Shown here: positions 56,022 to 64,000 of the stretch, piece after piece
Position numbering within the stretch: position 1 is the first letter of the stretch
How the letters are laid out: each line of letters begins with the position of its first letter
Sequence record: NC_061440.1
Length of the DNA stretch: 64,000 bases
Reading direction: 5' to 3' (one strand)
Made by a program: the position numbers and the translations under genes
Notes under the pieces: model-generated
The model's database searches: none
The model's input: only the letters and a program-made list of their open reading frames with translations
What the model was told of the DNA's origin: nothing

Positions 56022-56992
56022 TCAGCGCCGCGAATCTCTTTCAGGCTATTCTTGATCGCTTTGCGCAGTGTCTTGCCTACGTCAATGCCGTCAATGTGAC
56101 GAGCAAACACGTTGGCGAATAGCGTGGTTGGATTCTTCATGATCGCTTTGTCGAGGTCAGGACGACCTTCTGCGATCTGCAACTCACCAGGCCAGAGTTC
56201 TGCAACCGCCGCGCTATCGTTAGCAGCAATCAGTTCCAGTTCACGGACCGAGATAGAGTTCTGTCGAGCAATCGTACGGAAGATTATGTCAACGAAAGGC
56301 AGCATGTCTTCGCTAACAACGTTCTTCACGTCTTTGGCATCACCAGCACGTTGGAAATCTTCCAACAGACCTTCGAGATGCGTCTGCGTGATCTTCTGGA
56401 CGTTACGCAGTTTCTTGAACAGCATCATCCAGCGAACTTTACGCTTAGAACTTAGCAGGTGCGTCCACACTGATTCACCGAGTGCGATCATCAGGCGGTT
56501 GTACACGTCAACGCTCAGGCTGTCACGATCAACGAAGACCGTGATCTCATCGTGCCATTCATCTTTACGGAATTTGCTGCGGAACGCATGAGTCTTCGAA
56601 CCTGACTGCTGGACGAAGTTGATTTGTTTGCAGCGGCGTACAGCTTCCGCCAGATGATATTTCTCAATCACCTTAGGAAGTTTCTTAACGCCAACACGAC
56701 ACGCTTTTGCAACTTCGGCCTCACGACCGAAAAGAGATAAACGAGGCAGTCCGCCGTAGACAGGCATCGAAGCGTATGGTCTGACAGTCACGCCACACAC
56801 TGACATACCTGGCTCAGGGTCTGGTCCGAGAACACACAACACATCACCAGACTTCGGACTGAACTTGATCGTCTCAGGATCTGGCGTACTCAGCGTGTTG
56901 GCCAAAAGACCAACAGTGTTGCCGGTAGCCAGTACCAAATGGTTTTTGTTACCCTGCCTTACAACAAGGTAATCTTTTTCACTATGTTTCAT
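56018..56992 (-). CDS. Hypothetical protein (324 aa)
   Basis: AAGG SD; weak resemblance to zincin fold without HExxH. Confidence 0.75.
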   Translation of the reverse strand: MKHSEKDYLVVRQGNKNHLVLATGNTVGLLANTLSTPDPETIKFSPKSGDVLCVLGPDPEPGMSVCGVTVRPYASMPVYGGLPRLSLFGREAEVAKACRVGVKKLPKVIEKYHLAEAVRRCKQINFVQQSGSKTHAFRSKFRKDEWHDEITVFVDRDSLSVDVYNRLMIALGESVWTHLLSSKRKVRWMMLFKKLRNVQKITQTHLEGLLEDFQRAGDAKDVKNVVSEDMLPFVDIIFRTIARQNSISVRELELIAANDSAAVAELWPGELQIAEGRPDLDKAIMKNPTTLFANVFARHIDGIDVGKTLRKAIKNSLKEIRGAE

Positions 56993-57000
56993 AACGACCT

Positions 57001-57531
57001 TTATAGTTGATCAACGATGTTCATCGTGTGAACTTCCGCTGTGTAGCCCTGACGGAAGATGCGACCTTCGGCTCGGCCTGTTGCCTGCTCTGCGGAAGGG
57101 ACGCCCCAGCTTGTTGCAGGCTCAATCGAGATAAGGGCCTGCTCATCCCACATGTCACCGTCTTCGAGATAGTCTGCAATCATTTGGAGAGCAGCAGGAC
57201 GATCGAGGCCCAAGTGCGCAAGCTCGGCGATAATGAGTTTCGGCGCAGTGGCGTCTTTCATTTCGTCGAGTTCGTATTGCAGATCGGAAAGCGAGTTAAC
57301 CTGATGGCAGTCAGCGCTAGTCAGGCCTGCATACTCGTCTTGTCCGAAATAAGCAATTGCAAAGTCAGGAACATCAAGTTGACTGGAAAAGAAATGAGGA
57401 GCGTCCACCAGAATAGAAGGCACGGCGCTCATCTGGAGAAAACTCATGTAGGGGCGTTGCATCTCATGAGCTTCTACCGAACAGGACTTCCCAGCAAGAT
57501 CTTTCATTATGCTGTGTGCGAGATTATTCAT
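57001..57531 (-). CDS. Hypothetical protein (176 aa)
   Basis: GAGG SD. Confidence 0.7.
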   Translation of the reverse strand: MNNLAHSIMKDLAGKSCSVEAHEMQRPYMSFLQMSAVPSILVDAPHFFSSQLDVPDFAIAYFGQDEYAGLTSADCHQVNSLSDLQYELDEMKDATAPKLIIAELAHLGLDRPAALQMIADYLEDGDMWDEQALISIEPATSWGVPSAEQATGRAEGRIFRQGYTAEVHTMNIVDQL

Positions 57532-57538
57532 TGTAACC

Positions 57539-57754
57539 TCAGTTCTCAGGAGTAGGAGTAAAAGGGCTGTGGGTGTACGGAGTTAACTTATCCACGTACA
57601 GGAAACGAGATGAAGCACTACTGTAACCAGAGCGTGGTGCCGATTGCTTTTTCTTGGCTTCGGCCTCACGTTTATCCAGCTCGTCAAAGATACCTACGCG
57701 ACGGGCGTACTTAAACTTCGGGTGTACGGAGATATGTTTGACGATAGCTGTCAT
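57539..57754 (-). CDS. Hypothetical protein (71 aa)
   Basis: AAGGA SD. Confidence 0.65.
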   Translation of the reverse strand: MTAIVKHISVHPKFKYARRVGIFDELDKREAEAKKKQSAPRSGYSSASSRFLYVDKLTPYTHSPFTPTPEN

Positions 57755-57764
57755 ACGTTATTCC

Positions 57765-58241
57765 TTAATCAGGTTCATCGAGGACATGATAGAACATGGC
57801 CCATACTTCGTCATCGTCCTCTTCGACATCTGGATCACGTATCTCCAGTTTAGGAAAAGGCAGACTGACTTCTCGATCATAGGCTTGATTGGCAAACATT
57901 ATAGCCACGCACAACTCCGAGCAATAGAAGTTGCGCAGGTATGGAAACGCGAGACCGAGATTTACTTTTGGTCTATCTCCAGCTTTTGCCGTTTGTGCCA
58001 TTGCATGTATTTCGCGTAGATATTCATCCAGCAAATCTTTGTTACCATGCTCAGGCCAATCCACCAGAAGAAGATTTTTGATATACTTCCTTTGGTTACT
58101 ACGCAGAGCCTTGTATTCTTCCTGAAAGAATTTCTCCAACCCTTTCTTAGGGACGGACTTCATCTTTGCTCGAAGTACAATCTCAAGTTTGGCAGCAATT
58201 CGCAATCGCAGCCTAGGGTTGTATTTAAGTTTCTGCATCAA
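57765..58241 (-). CDS. Hypothetical protein with acidic C-terminus (158 aa)
   Basis: TGATG coupling. Confidence 0.7.
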   Translation of the reverse strand: MMQKLKYNPRLRLRIAAKLEIVLRAKMKSVPKKGLEKFFQEEYKALRSNQRKYIKNLLLVDWPEHGNKDLLDEYLREIHAMAQTAKAGDRPKVNLGLAFPYLRNFYCSELCVAIMFANQAYDREVSLPFPKLEIRDPDVEEDDDEVWAMFYHVLDEPD

Positions 58242-59887
58242 TCGTCACCCATAAAATCAAGGGTATCAGAAAATTTCTTAATGACGAACGTGGCCTTCGC
58301 AGATTTGATCTCACCCTTAGTTTTCAGCAGGGCGCCATCGTGCTCCAACGAATAAACGAGTTCGACATTACCATTCAGGATCGCCTCGAACAAATGACTC
58401 GACTCAATGCCCGAGATACAATGACTCATGGTTCGTCGTCGCACCTTGCGAGATGAAACACACTGGTCATGTTCGAGAACATACTTGGCTCCTGTATCGC
58501 ACGTTAGCATCATGCCTTCGGTTGTGTAACGGAAACGTTTCGAATAGACCTCGCATAATTGCTGCAACGCAGTTATGAAAGTTTTGCAGTCTATGTTCCA
58601 CGACTCCACGAAGTCATACACCTCACTCAGACTTTTGAAGTGAGGGCGCAATGCCATGACAGCGCTTGACCGAGGGGTCTTCGTCAAATAGTCAGCGCTG
58701 AACAGCGTACCATAGAAACAAATCTTCACCAGCTTTTTAGATAGGCGGGTGTTGTTTGGATTTGCTTTCTGGAGCTTGTCCACTATGTCATTTACAGAAT
58801 GTATGTCGTCAAGGAAAGGACATACGATACCGTTGTCTGCGAACTCTTTGCGGATGATGTTGAGTTGGCTACTCGCCATATCCCAGTTATCGCCGACAAC
58901 ACTACATGCCTGTTTAAGAACCGCAGGGAAGGATTGGAACCCACCACCCTGCTCAAACAGACGACCACCAACTTTAGCGATTGTGTACGCTGGGTAGTAA
59001 CGAATAATTAACGGCTCTTCCGAAACAATCTGAATTGGCCCCGATAGAATAGCCTGTAGACAACTCATCACCTGATGGTACTGCTTGAGTGCCCGACGTG
59101 TGCCGCGGAAACTCTTAACCGTTAGGTAATCAAGAATTGGGTCGATTGCAATTTCATTCGGACCTATCTTCTTTAGTACCGCAGTATAAAGTTTACGGGC
59201 AGCGCGATCTCGATTAGACCGCAACCCATACCGAGCGTTATCACCGGCAAGGTCATGCTTACGAGGCTTAAACGTTTTGTTGGCGCTCGCGCTTATCATC
59301 TCCAGAATCGTTTGACCGAACCGTTCTTGCACAGCCTTGAGTGGACTATAGAAGCGAGTAAGCTCTAACAGTTCACGACTGGACTTAGGACGATTTGGGT
59401 ACATAGCATCCAAGCACTTACGCTTAATCCTGAACTCACGACAACGACCAGGAGTAGCGGCCGTTTTCTTGATATGCTTTTTGTAATCCATCACGTTAGC
59501 AATAAGCCACTCAAGGGCCCGACTAAAATGCTTCTCAGTCCGTTCCCACCGCGGCCCTACAGGACCTCTTAGCGCATTTTCACACCCGAATACCATCGGA
59601 AGCTCTTTGACACCAAGTTTTCTGCTAAACGGCACCCAGACAGTACCGAACTTCTCAAATTTCTTTCTTTTCGTCGGATAGATAGACGATTGAAGCACAT
59701 GCCAGAAGAACAGGTTGATTTGACGGCGAAACTCCTGTTCTTGCTTCTTCGGGCCGTCGTACGGACATTTGTCTACGACGTTATCACGTACCCACACCAG
59801 AGGTGCTAGTTCTTGGTGCGTTGGGTTCGTAATCAGGCGTGCTTCACCCTTTTTCATAAAAGAAGACATTCGGATCTCCTGAATCAC
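58238..59887 (-). CDS. Divergent minimal family A polymerase-fold protein (about 543-549 aa)
   Basis: GGRLF...FQS.P, NWDMASSQL (motif A), VKICFYG (motif B), SGIES and LEHDG (motif C); no exonuclease domain. Confidence 0.5.
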   Translation of the reverse strand: MIQEIRMSSFMKKGEARLITNPTHQELAPLVWVRDNVVDKCPYDGPKKQEQEFRRQINLFFWHVLQSSIYPTKRKKFEKFGTVWVPFSRKLGVKELPMVFGCENALRGPVGPRWERTEKHFSRALEWLIANVMDYKKHIKKTAATPGRCREFRIKRKCLDAMYPNRPKSSRELLELTRFYSPLKAVQERFGQTILEMISASANKTFKPRKHDLAGDNARYGLRSNRDRAARKLYTAVLKKIGPNEIAIDPILDYLTVKSFRGTRRALKQYHQVMSCLQAILSGPIQIVSEEPLIIRYYPAYTIAKVGGRLFEQGGGFQSFPAVLKQACSVVGDNWDMASSQLNIIRKEFADNGIVCPFLDDIHSVNDIVDKLQKANPNNTRLSKKLVKICFYGTLFSADYLTKTPRSSAVMALRPHFKSLSEVYDFVESWNIDCKTFITALQQLCEVYSKRFRYTTEGMMLTCDTGAKYVLEHDQCVSSRKVRRRTMSHCISGIESSHLFEAILNGNVELVYSLEHDGALLKTKGEIKSAKATFVIKKFSDTLDFMGDD

Positions 59888-59911
59888 TTCTTTTGCTCGT
59901 TTTCTTCTTGT

Positions 59912-59920
59912 TGTTTACAG
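59912..59920 (-). promoter_or_regulatory. CTGTAAACA variant upstream of the PolA-fold gene
   Basis: One mismatch to the recurrent motif. Confidence 0.45.
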
Positions 59921-60224
59921 AAACCGCTTGCAAAGCAAGGGAGCAGAAGCACGTACAGAAGAGGTACGACAGATAAGCAACGCTGGGCGATCGAGCGGCG
60001 CGCTCAAGGCACGGGATATACAGATATACATGAGGGCTTTAGGCGCACTCCGTTTTTGTACCAGTAAAAATCTAGATCGCATCAAACAGCAGCTATAACC
60101 ACCCTTCTATACGCTTAAACATACGCCCTGGGACGATCTCGATTTTCAAAAAGATCTCCCTGAAACCATGTAAATTTTTTTCAAATTTGGCGCGATTTCT
60201 GTTCATTTTTTAACCAAAGGGGAT

Positions 60225-60265
60225 AAAAACAGAGGAAAACCCGAATAAAATCAAGGACTTTCCTC
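60225..60265 (-). terminator. Rho-independent terminator after 60274-60933
   Basis: GAGGAAAGTCC pairs with GGGTTTTCCTC, followed by TGTTTTT. Confidence 0.6.
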
Positions 60266-60273
60266 CGCGATTA

Positions 60274-60933
60274 TCACTTTTTCTGCGAAACGCGCTTCCC
60301 GAGCTTGACGCCTATTTGCGTCAGAATGCGTTTCACTGTTTCGCCGTCGTGTTCCTGCATTGCAGTCGCTAAACGTTCGCCCTGTTCACGCGATAGCTCA
60401 GGCATAACCATTTTAAGCATCTGCGAGCGCATTTTGGCTGATTTAGACTTGCCGCGAGACAGAGATTGTGTGTCCATTTCGTTTGCAACACGGCTCATGG
60501 TGCGCTGCACACGACGATCTGCGAAGATATCAGCAAAGATATTGCCAAACAGGTCCTGGAACGAACGTCCACCGCCCATAATGTCGTCTTTTGTGAAACG
60601 AACAGGCTGTCCAAGCGCATTCTGCTTATTGCAGTGCGTGGATTCCACTTCGTTTTGAGTACGTCCACCAGCACGGAAGTTCTCGTCAGGGCGTGACGCT
60701 TTACCCTCTGCGCCCGGCTTAGTGTTGCCGTTACGCAGGTCTGCATCGCCTTCAACAGCCTTATCAGGGTCGAACATGTCGTCCGCTGTCTCGCTTTGGT
60801 TAGCGTCAAACGGAATCTTGCCCGTCAGCTTATTCTGGTCAGGCCAGCTCTTTGGAATATCAGAAGCAGGTTGCGCCTTGTTCGTCATATCGCCGTTAGC
60901 TTCGCTATTCAGGCTGATCATAATGCGTGTCAT
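60274..60933 (-). CDS. Hypothetical protein with IMISLNS tag; probable virion protein (219 aa)
   Basis: AGGAG SD; N-terminal motif variant. Confidence 0.75.
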   Translation of the reverse strand: MTRIMISLNSEANGDMTNKAQPASDIPKSWPDQNKLTGKIPFDANQSETADDMFDPDKAVEGDADLRNGNTKPGAEGKASRPDENFRAGGRTQNEVESTHCNKQNALGQPVRFTKDDIMGGGRSFQDLFGNIFADIFADRRVQRTMSRVANEMDTQSLSRGKSKSAKMRSQMLKMVMPELSREQGERLATAMQEHDGETVKRILTQIGVKLGKRVSQKK

Positions 60934-60942
60934 TCGAATCTC

Positions 60943-62049
60943 CTATCGGATTTTATAGCCTTTGAAAATGTTGTACGCAACTTCTTTGCGCTGTACAGGA
61001 CGAGTGGTACACACCCATTCCCACTGATCGTTCTTGGCCGTGCGTTTCTTCGGTGCTTCCATTACTTTCAGCACGTAGTTTTTGAAAGGCACAACAAGAA
61101 TGTCCTCGGGCTCCAGAGGTCCACAACGTGCAGGCAGAACGACTGTAAGGTTGCCGACAGTCAGTTCCTGATCGTAGTTCAACACGTTGGCCTCTTCGCT
61201 GAGGTTGCCTTTGACCGCAGGTACACCTAAATCGAAGATGATTGTGGCGTGTGTGAAAGCCTCAACGCCTTTGACGCGCACAATCACATGCTTACCACGC
61301 CACGGCTCCAGATTCGCAGCAGTCAACTCCTGTTCTACACCGTTAACGACCAGTACAGGGCGCGGGAATGCAGGCAGCAACTGTTCATTCAATCGTACCG
61401 AATAAGTCGCCTGCGTAAAGTATTTTGGAATAAGCTGATCAAAATCAACGTGTCCGTCTTTACGTACCTGCCTGAATGTCGCAGGGCTGGTGGATTGATC
61501 GAGCGTATACGCTGTCAGTGTTTTAGCGTGATGGTGCGTCATGACGTTGTACACGAAGCCTGTGCTGATAAAGCCAGGCACAATGCCTTGACGGAAGCAG
61601 ATGCCGCAGTTCGCAACGTTACCTGCATCCCATCCGTTCGACACTTCCTCGTCGCCGTTGCCCATGAGATCGGCAGCGCCCATTACAGCGTTCATGCCGT
61701 CGTCGATATCATCAAGGCTTACTGTTTGGCGTCCACCACCAAACATGCCTTTCGATACTGGTGCGATCTTAACGTTCGCGTCCATTACAGATGATTCGCG
61801 GCCAATCGACTTCATGCCGCCCACCTGTTCGTCGAAGATATCGTTGTCCACTTTGTTGCAGCTACAGGTTAGACCCATCTTCGCTTTCTTGAAGATGACG
61901 ATATCGGTCGCATCAACCTGTAACGCCTGTTCAACTTTCGACTGCACAACCTTCTGCACCGAGTCGAGGCGTTGCTGGACGCGTTCGGTTTCGTAGGTCT
62001 TATGGCGGTCGTAAGCAGTTCGCGGTCTTCCGCGTTCAATCCAGCTCAT
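60943..62049 (-). CDS. Putative head-closure/neck protein (368 aa)
   Basis: CSC and CGICF..G..PGF motif of the type seen in jumbo-phage head completion proteins; CTAATTT upstream. Confidence 0.45.
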   Translation of the reverse strand: MSWIERGRPRTAYDRHKTYETERVQQRLDSVQKVVQSKVEQALQVDATDIVIFKKAKMGLTCSCNKVDNDIFDEQVGGMKSIGRESSVMDANVKIAPVSKGMFGGGRQTVSLDDIDDGMNAVMGAADLMGNGDEEVSNGWDAGNVANCGICFRQGIVPGFISTGFVYNVMTHHHAKTLTAYTLDQSTSPATFRQVRKDGHVDFDQLIPKYFTQATYSVRLNEQLLPAFPRPVLVVNGVEQELTAANLEPWRGKHVIVRVKGVEAFTHATIIFDLGVPAVKGNLSEEANVLNYDQELTVGNLTVVLPARCGPLEPEDILVVPFKNYVLKVMEAPKKRTAKNDQWEWVCTTRPVQRKEVAYNIFKGYKIR

Positions 62050-62072
62050 AATCGTTCTCCTCTGTGTGGCTT

Positions 62073-62079
62073 AAATTAG
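62073..62079 (-). promoter_or_regulatory. CTAATTT promoter-like motif at the divergent junction
   Basis: Recurrent motif. Confidence 0.55.
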
Positions 62080-62147
62080 TGTACAAAATTTAGGACCTTG
62101 CCCCTAGTAAATACTTATTTAGAGTACGTTAAAACACGGAGCCTTTT

Positions 62148-62696
62148 ATGCGTATTCTTTCAGGCGACCCGGGCAAGGTTAACTTCGCGTTGTCTGTTCA
62201 GGAGTTTAAGGACAAGCGCATTACAGTGCTCGGCACGCGGATGTTTAAGAAACCCATCCAGAATCTGCACCACGACATGCGACAGCCCACCAAGGAGTTT
62301 TTGGCAGAGCTAGAACTGATGTGGAAGCTATACGGACCATTCGATGCTATGTGCTTCGAGCGCTTTCAGTCGCGTGGTCTAGGTGGTAACACGATTGAGG
62401 CTATCAGTCTCATGCTTGGTGTTATCTCGTTCTTCGCACTCAAAAAGAAATGCCCACTCGATTTGATTACGGCTAGCCAGTGGAAGAACGCATTCAACCG
62501 CACAATGGACCTCAAAGGTTATTACGCACACTATAACCTGACGTCTAAAAAGAGTCGCAAAGCGATTCACGAATTTGATGCCAGTCTTATAGGCGTCTAC
62601 ACCTTCTATCGTCACTCAGGAATCAAACCGTTCGCTGGCTTCAATCGCGTTGTCGATGTGTACGTACCACGATTCCTGGGCGCACCTGTGTTGTGA
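62148..62696 (+). CDS. RuvC-like Holliday junction resolvase (182 aa)
   Basis: ILSGDPG..NFA, CFERF and HEFDA (RNase H-fold acidic residues). Confidence 0.75.
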   Translation: MRILSGDPGKVNFALSVQEFKDKRITVLGTRMFKKPIQNLHHDMRQPTKEFLAELELMWKLYGPFDAMCFERFQSRGLGGNTIEAISLMLGVISFFALKKKCPLDLITASQWKNAFNRTMDLKGYYAHYNLTSKKSRKAIHEFDASLIGVYTFYRHSGIKPFAGFNRVVDVYVPRFLGAPVL

Positions 62697-62702
62697 GGAC
62701 AT

Positions 62703-63068
62703 ATGGAACAAATTGAACTGTTACGCGTAGTGAAAGAGATCCTCAGCGAATACGGCAAAGTTGAGTTTCTGGCGCAAGGTCATGTTGGTGTGAACACCGA
62801 GCACCGTGCGACCTATGAAACGTTAATCACTGTGACTTCTGATAGCGACACAACTTTCCCCGAAGCAGATTTCCGCGCTAAGATTGCGGCGCAGATTGAC
62901 GAGTATCGTGTGGTTGGATTCAAGCGCACCTACAACGAGCAGACCAGAGAGTTTGTGCTGCAACTGACCGACCCAATATTCACCTACCGTGACCCATTGG
63001 TGTGTCCAGCAAACGGCAAAACTCTGTACTCGGTTTCCGTAGGTTTCCCGTTCGTGTCCACCAATTAA
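62703..63068 (+). CDS. Hypothetical protein (121 aa)
   Basis: GAGGA SD. Confidence 0.75.
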   Translation: MEQIELLRVVKEILSEYGKVEFLAQGHVGVNTEHRATYETLITVTSDSDTTFPEADFRAKIAAQIDEYRVVGFKRTYNEQTREFVLQLTDPIFTYRDPLVCPANGKTLYSVSVGFPFVSTN

Positions 63069-63069
63069 T

Positions 63070-63078
63070 CTGTAAATA
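63070..63078 (+). promoter_or_regulatory. CTGTAAATA promoter-like motif (plus strand)
   Basis: The motif flips strand together with the genes. Confidence 0.6.
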
Positions 63079-63108
63079 TCCTTACTTGGTTAACGCGCGT
63101 GTGGGATA

Positions 63109-63798
63109 TTGAAAATGGCGAAGTTGAAGAAAGAACGATCGGTCAAAGTCAGTGCTAAAAAGACTGTTGCCGTAAAAACAAAGAAAGCAAAAGCTAAGGC
63201 TATTCCTGTTCGTGTCGTTCAGGACACACGGCCTATTATCAATTGCCCTGAGATGGAAGAGAAGCCTCAACCATTTCGTTTTCGTGGTCAGTGCCCGATA
63301 GTGACCTGTCAGTATTGCACACGCGAAACTCCGACAGGCTGCATGGCGCTTGACCGTAAAGAATCGGCCGACCGTTCAATCTCTAACAAGGAGATCGCTT
63401 ATTATAAACGTGGCCTCTTTCCTGAACTTAAAGACATGGATCAGAAGCAACTGGACAGTACGATTCGACGCGCACAAAATCGTACCCGCAATGCTATCTG
63501 CCTTACTATGTTTATTGCCGGGATTGATGATTCTGATTGCGATAGGTCTTTTCAATATGTAGAAGGCCGCAGTCGTCTGGTCGATCAGGTACATAACTAT
63601 CTGGTCCAAACGTTCAATGATTACCGTCCGTGGATGCTCGCATACCTCGACGACGAAAAACGATTCGGCGACATGGTGGGTAAAATAACCAATTCCGACT
63701 TTAATTTAAAAGACGCATTGCGTTTGACTCCTCGCAAGTATCAAATGTTCTGCCAGTCGCTACAAAATCTTAAACAATCTGGAGACTCTCATGAGTAA
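63109..63798 (+). CDS. Hypothetical protein with basic N-terminus and Cys cluster (about 229 aa)
   Basis: CP..TCQYC...GC potential Zn site. Confidence 0.75.
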   Translation: MKMAKLKKERSVKVSAKKTVAVKTKKAKAKAIPVRVVQDTRPIINCPEMEEKPQPFRFRGQCPIVTCQYCTRETPTGCMALDRKESADRSISNKEIAYYKRGLFPELKDMDQKQLDSTIRRAQNRTRNAICLTMFIAGIDDSDCDRSFQYVEGRSRLVDQVHNYLVQTFNDYRPWMLAYLDDEKRFGDMVGKITNSDFNLKDALRLTPRKYQMFCQSLQNLKQSGDSHE

Positions 63799-64000
63799 CT
63801 TTATCTCCCTCGATCAGTATCGCGCGATCATTCGTCGCAACGTTCTGAAAGAGCCTCAGATGCTGGTGGTCAATCAGACGCAGCCACTGGGTCAAATCTT
63901 TTTCCAATGCCCAGGCGATAACTTCCAGATGAAGGATATCATTGTCCCGCCATCTCGTAACGCTATCGACCTGACGCAGCAAGCACCGCTGGAAAATCTG
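63791..64000 (+). CDS. Hypothetical protein (partial, MSNFISLDQY...)
   Basis: GGAG SD; open to the window end. Confidence 0.7.
   Translation, partial: MSNFISLDQYRAIIRRNVLKEPQMLVVNQTQPLGQIFFQCPGDNFQMKDIIVPPSRNAIDLTQQAPLENL

Noticed and set aside
60255-60265. GAGGAAAGTCC on the minus strand matches the RNase P RNA CR-I consensus
   Set aside because: No CR-V partner follows. The motif pairs locally with GGGTTTTCCTC before a T run, so it is better explained as a terminator
1-64000. CRISPR or other spaced repeat arrays, IS elements, tRNAs, rRNA
   Set aside because: None seen on manual reading; a formal scan was not run

Overview
The window is a 64 kb segment of a large (jumbo) myovirus genome with about 50% GC and dense coding, almost all on the minus strand until a switch to plus at about 62.1 kb. 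From memory, the gene content resembles the 'hairy' enterobacterial jumbo phages of the Erwinia Y3 / Dickeya JA type; I did not verify this by search. From left to right it contains: paralogous fibre and appendage genes including a 1336-aa Ig-repeat protein; the tail sheath; DHH and J-domain proteins; an SF2 helicase; a beta-clamp-like protein; a family A DNA polymerase with a UDG-like N-terminus; a 1949-aa SNF2 helicase; HNH; head and neck genes; an H1-like basic protein; SbcD/SbcC; SLOG; Tlde1 and GH108 cell-wall enzymes; a DnaX-like clamp loader; HAD; a second minimal PolA-fold protein; and RuvC. Three unexplained signals stand out. (1) A ~350-nt intergenic region (54130-54480, minus strand) is almost entirely base-paired, may contain a pseudoknot, and sits behind a putative late promoter, so it is a candidate novel large ncRNA. 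(2) A hydrophobic-S-x-S-(A/K) N-terminal tag is shared by about 10 unrelated proteins, including the SNF2 helicase and an ART-like protein, and may be a capsid-targeting or protease-cleavage signal. (3) Two recurring promoter-like motifs, CTGTAAATA and CTAATTT, separate replication genes from structural genes. I found no tRNA, rRNA, CRISPR array or IS element. All family assignments come from motif recognition by eye, not database searches.
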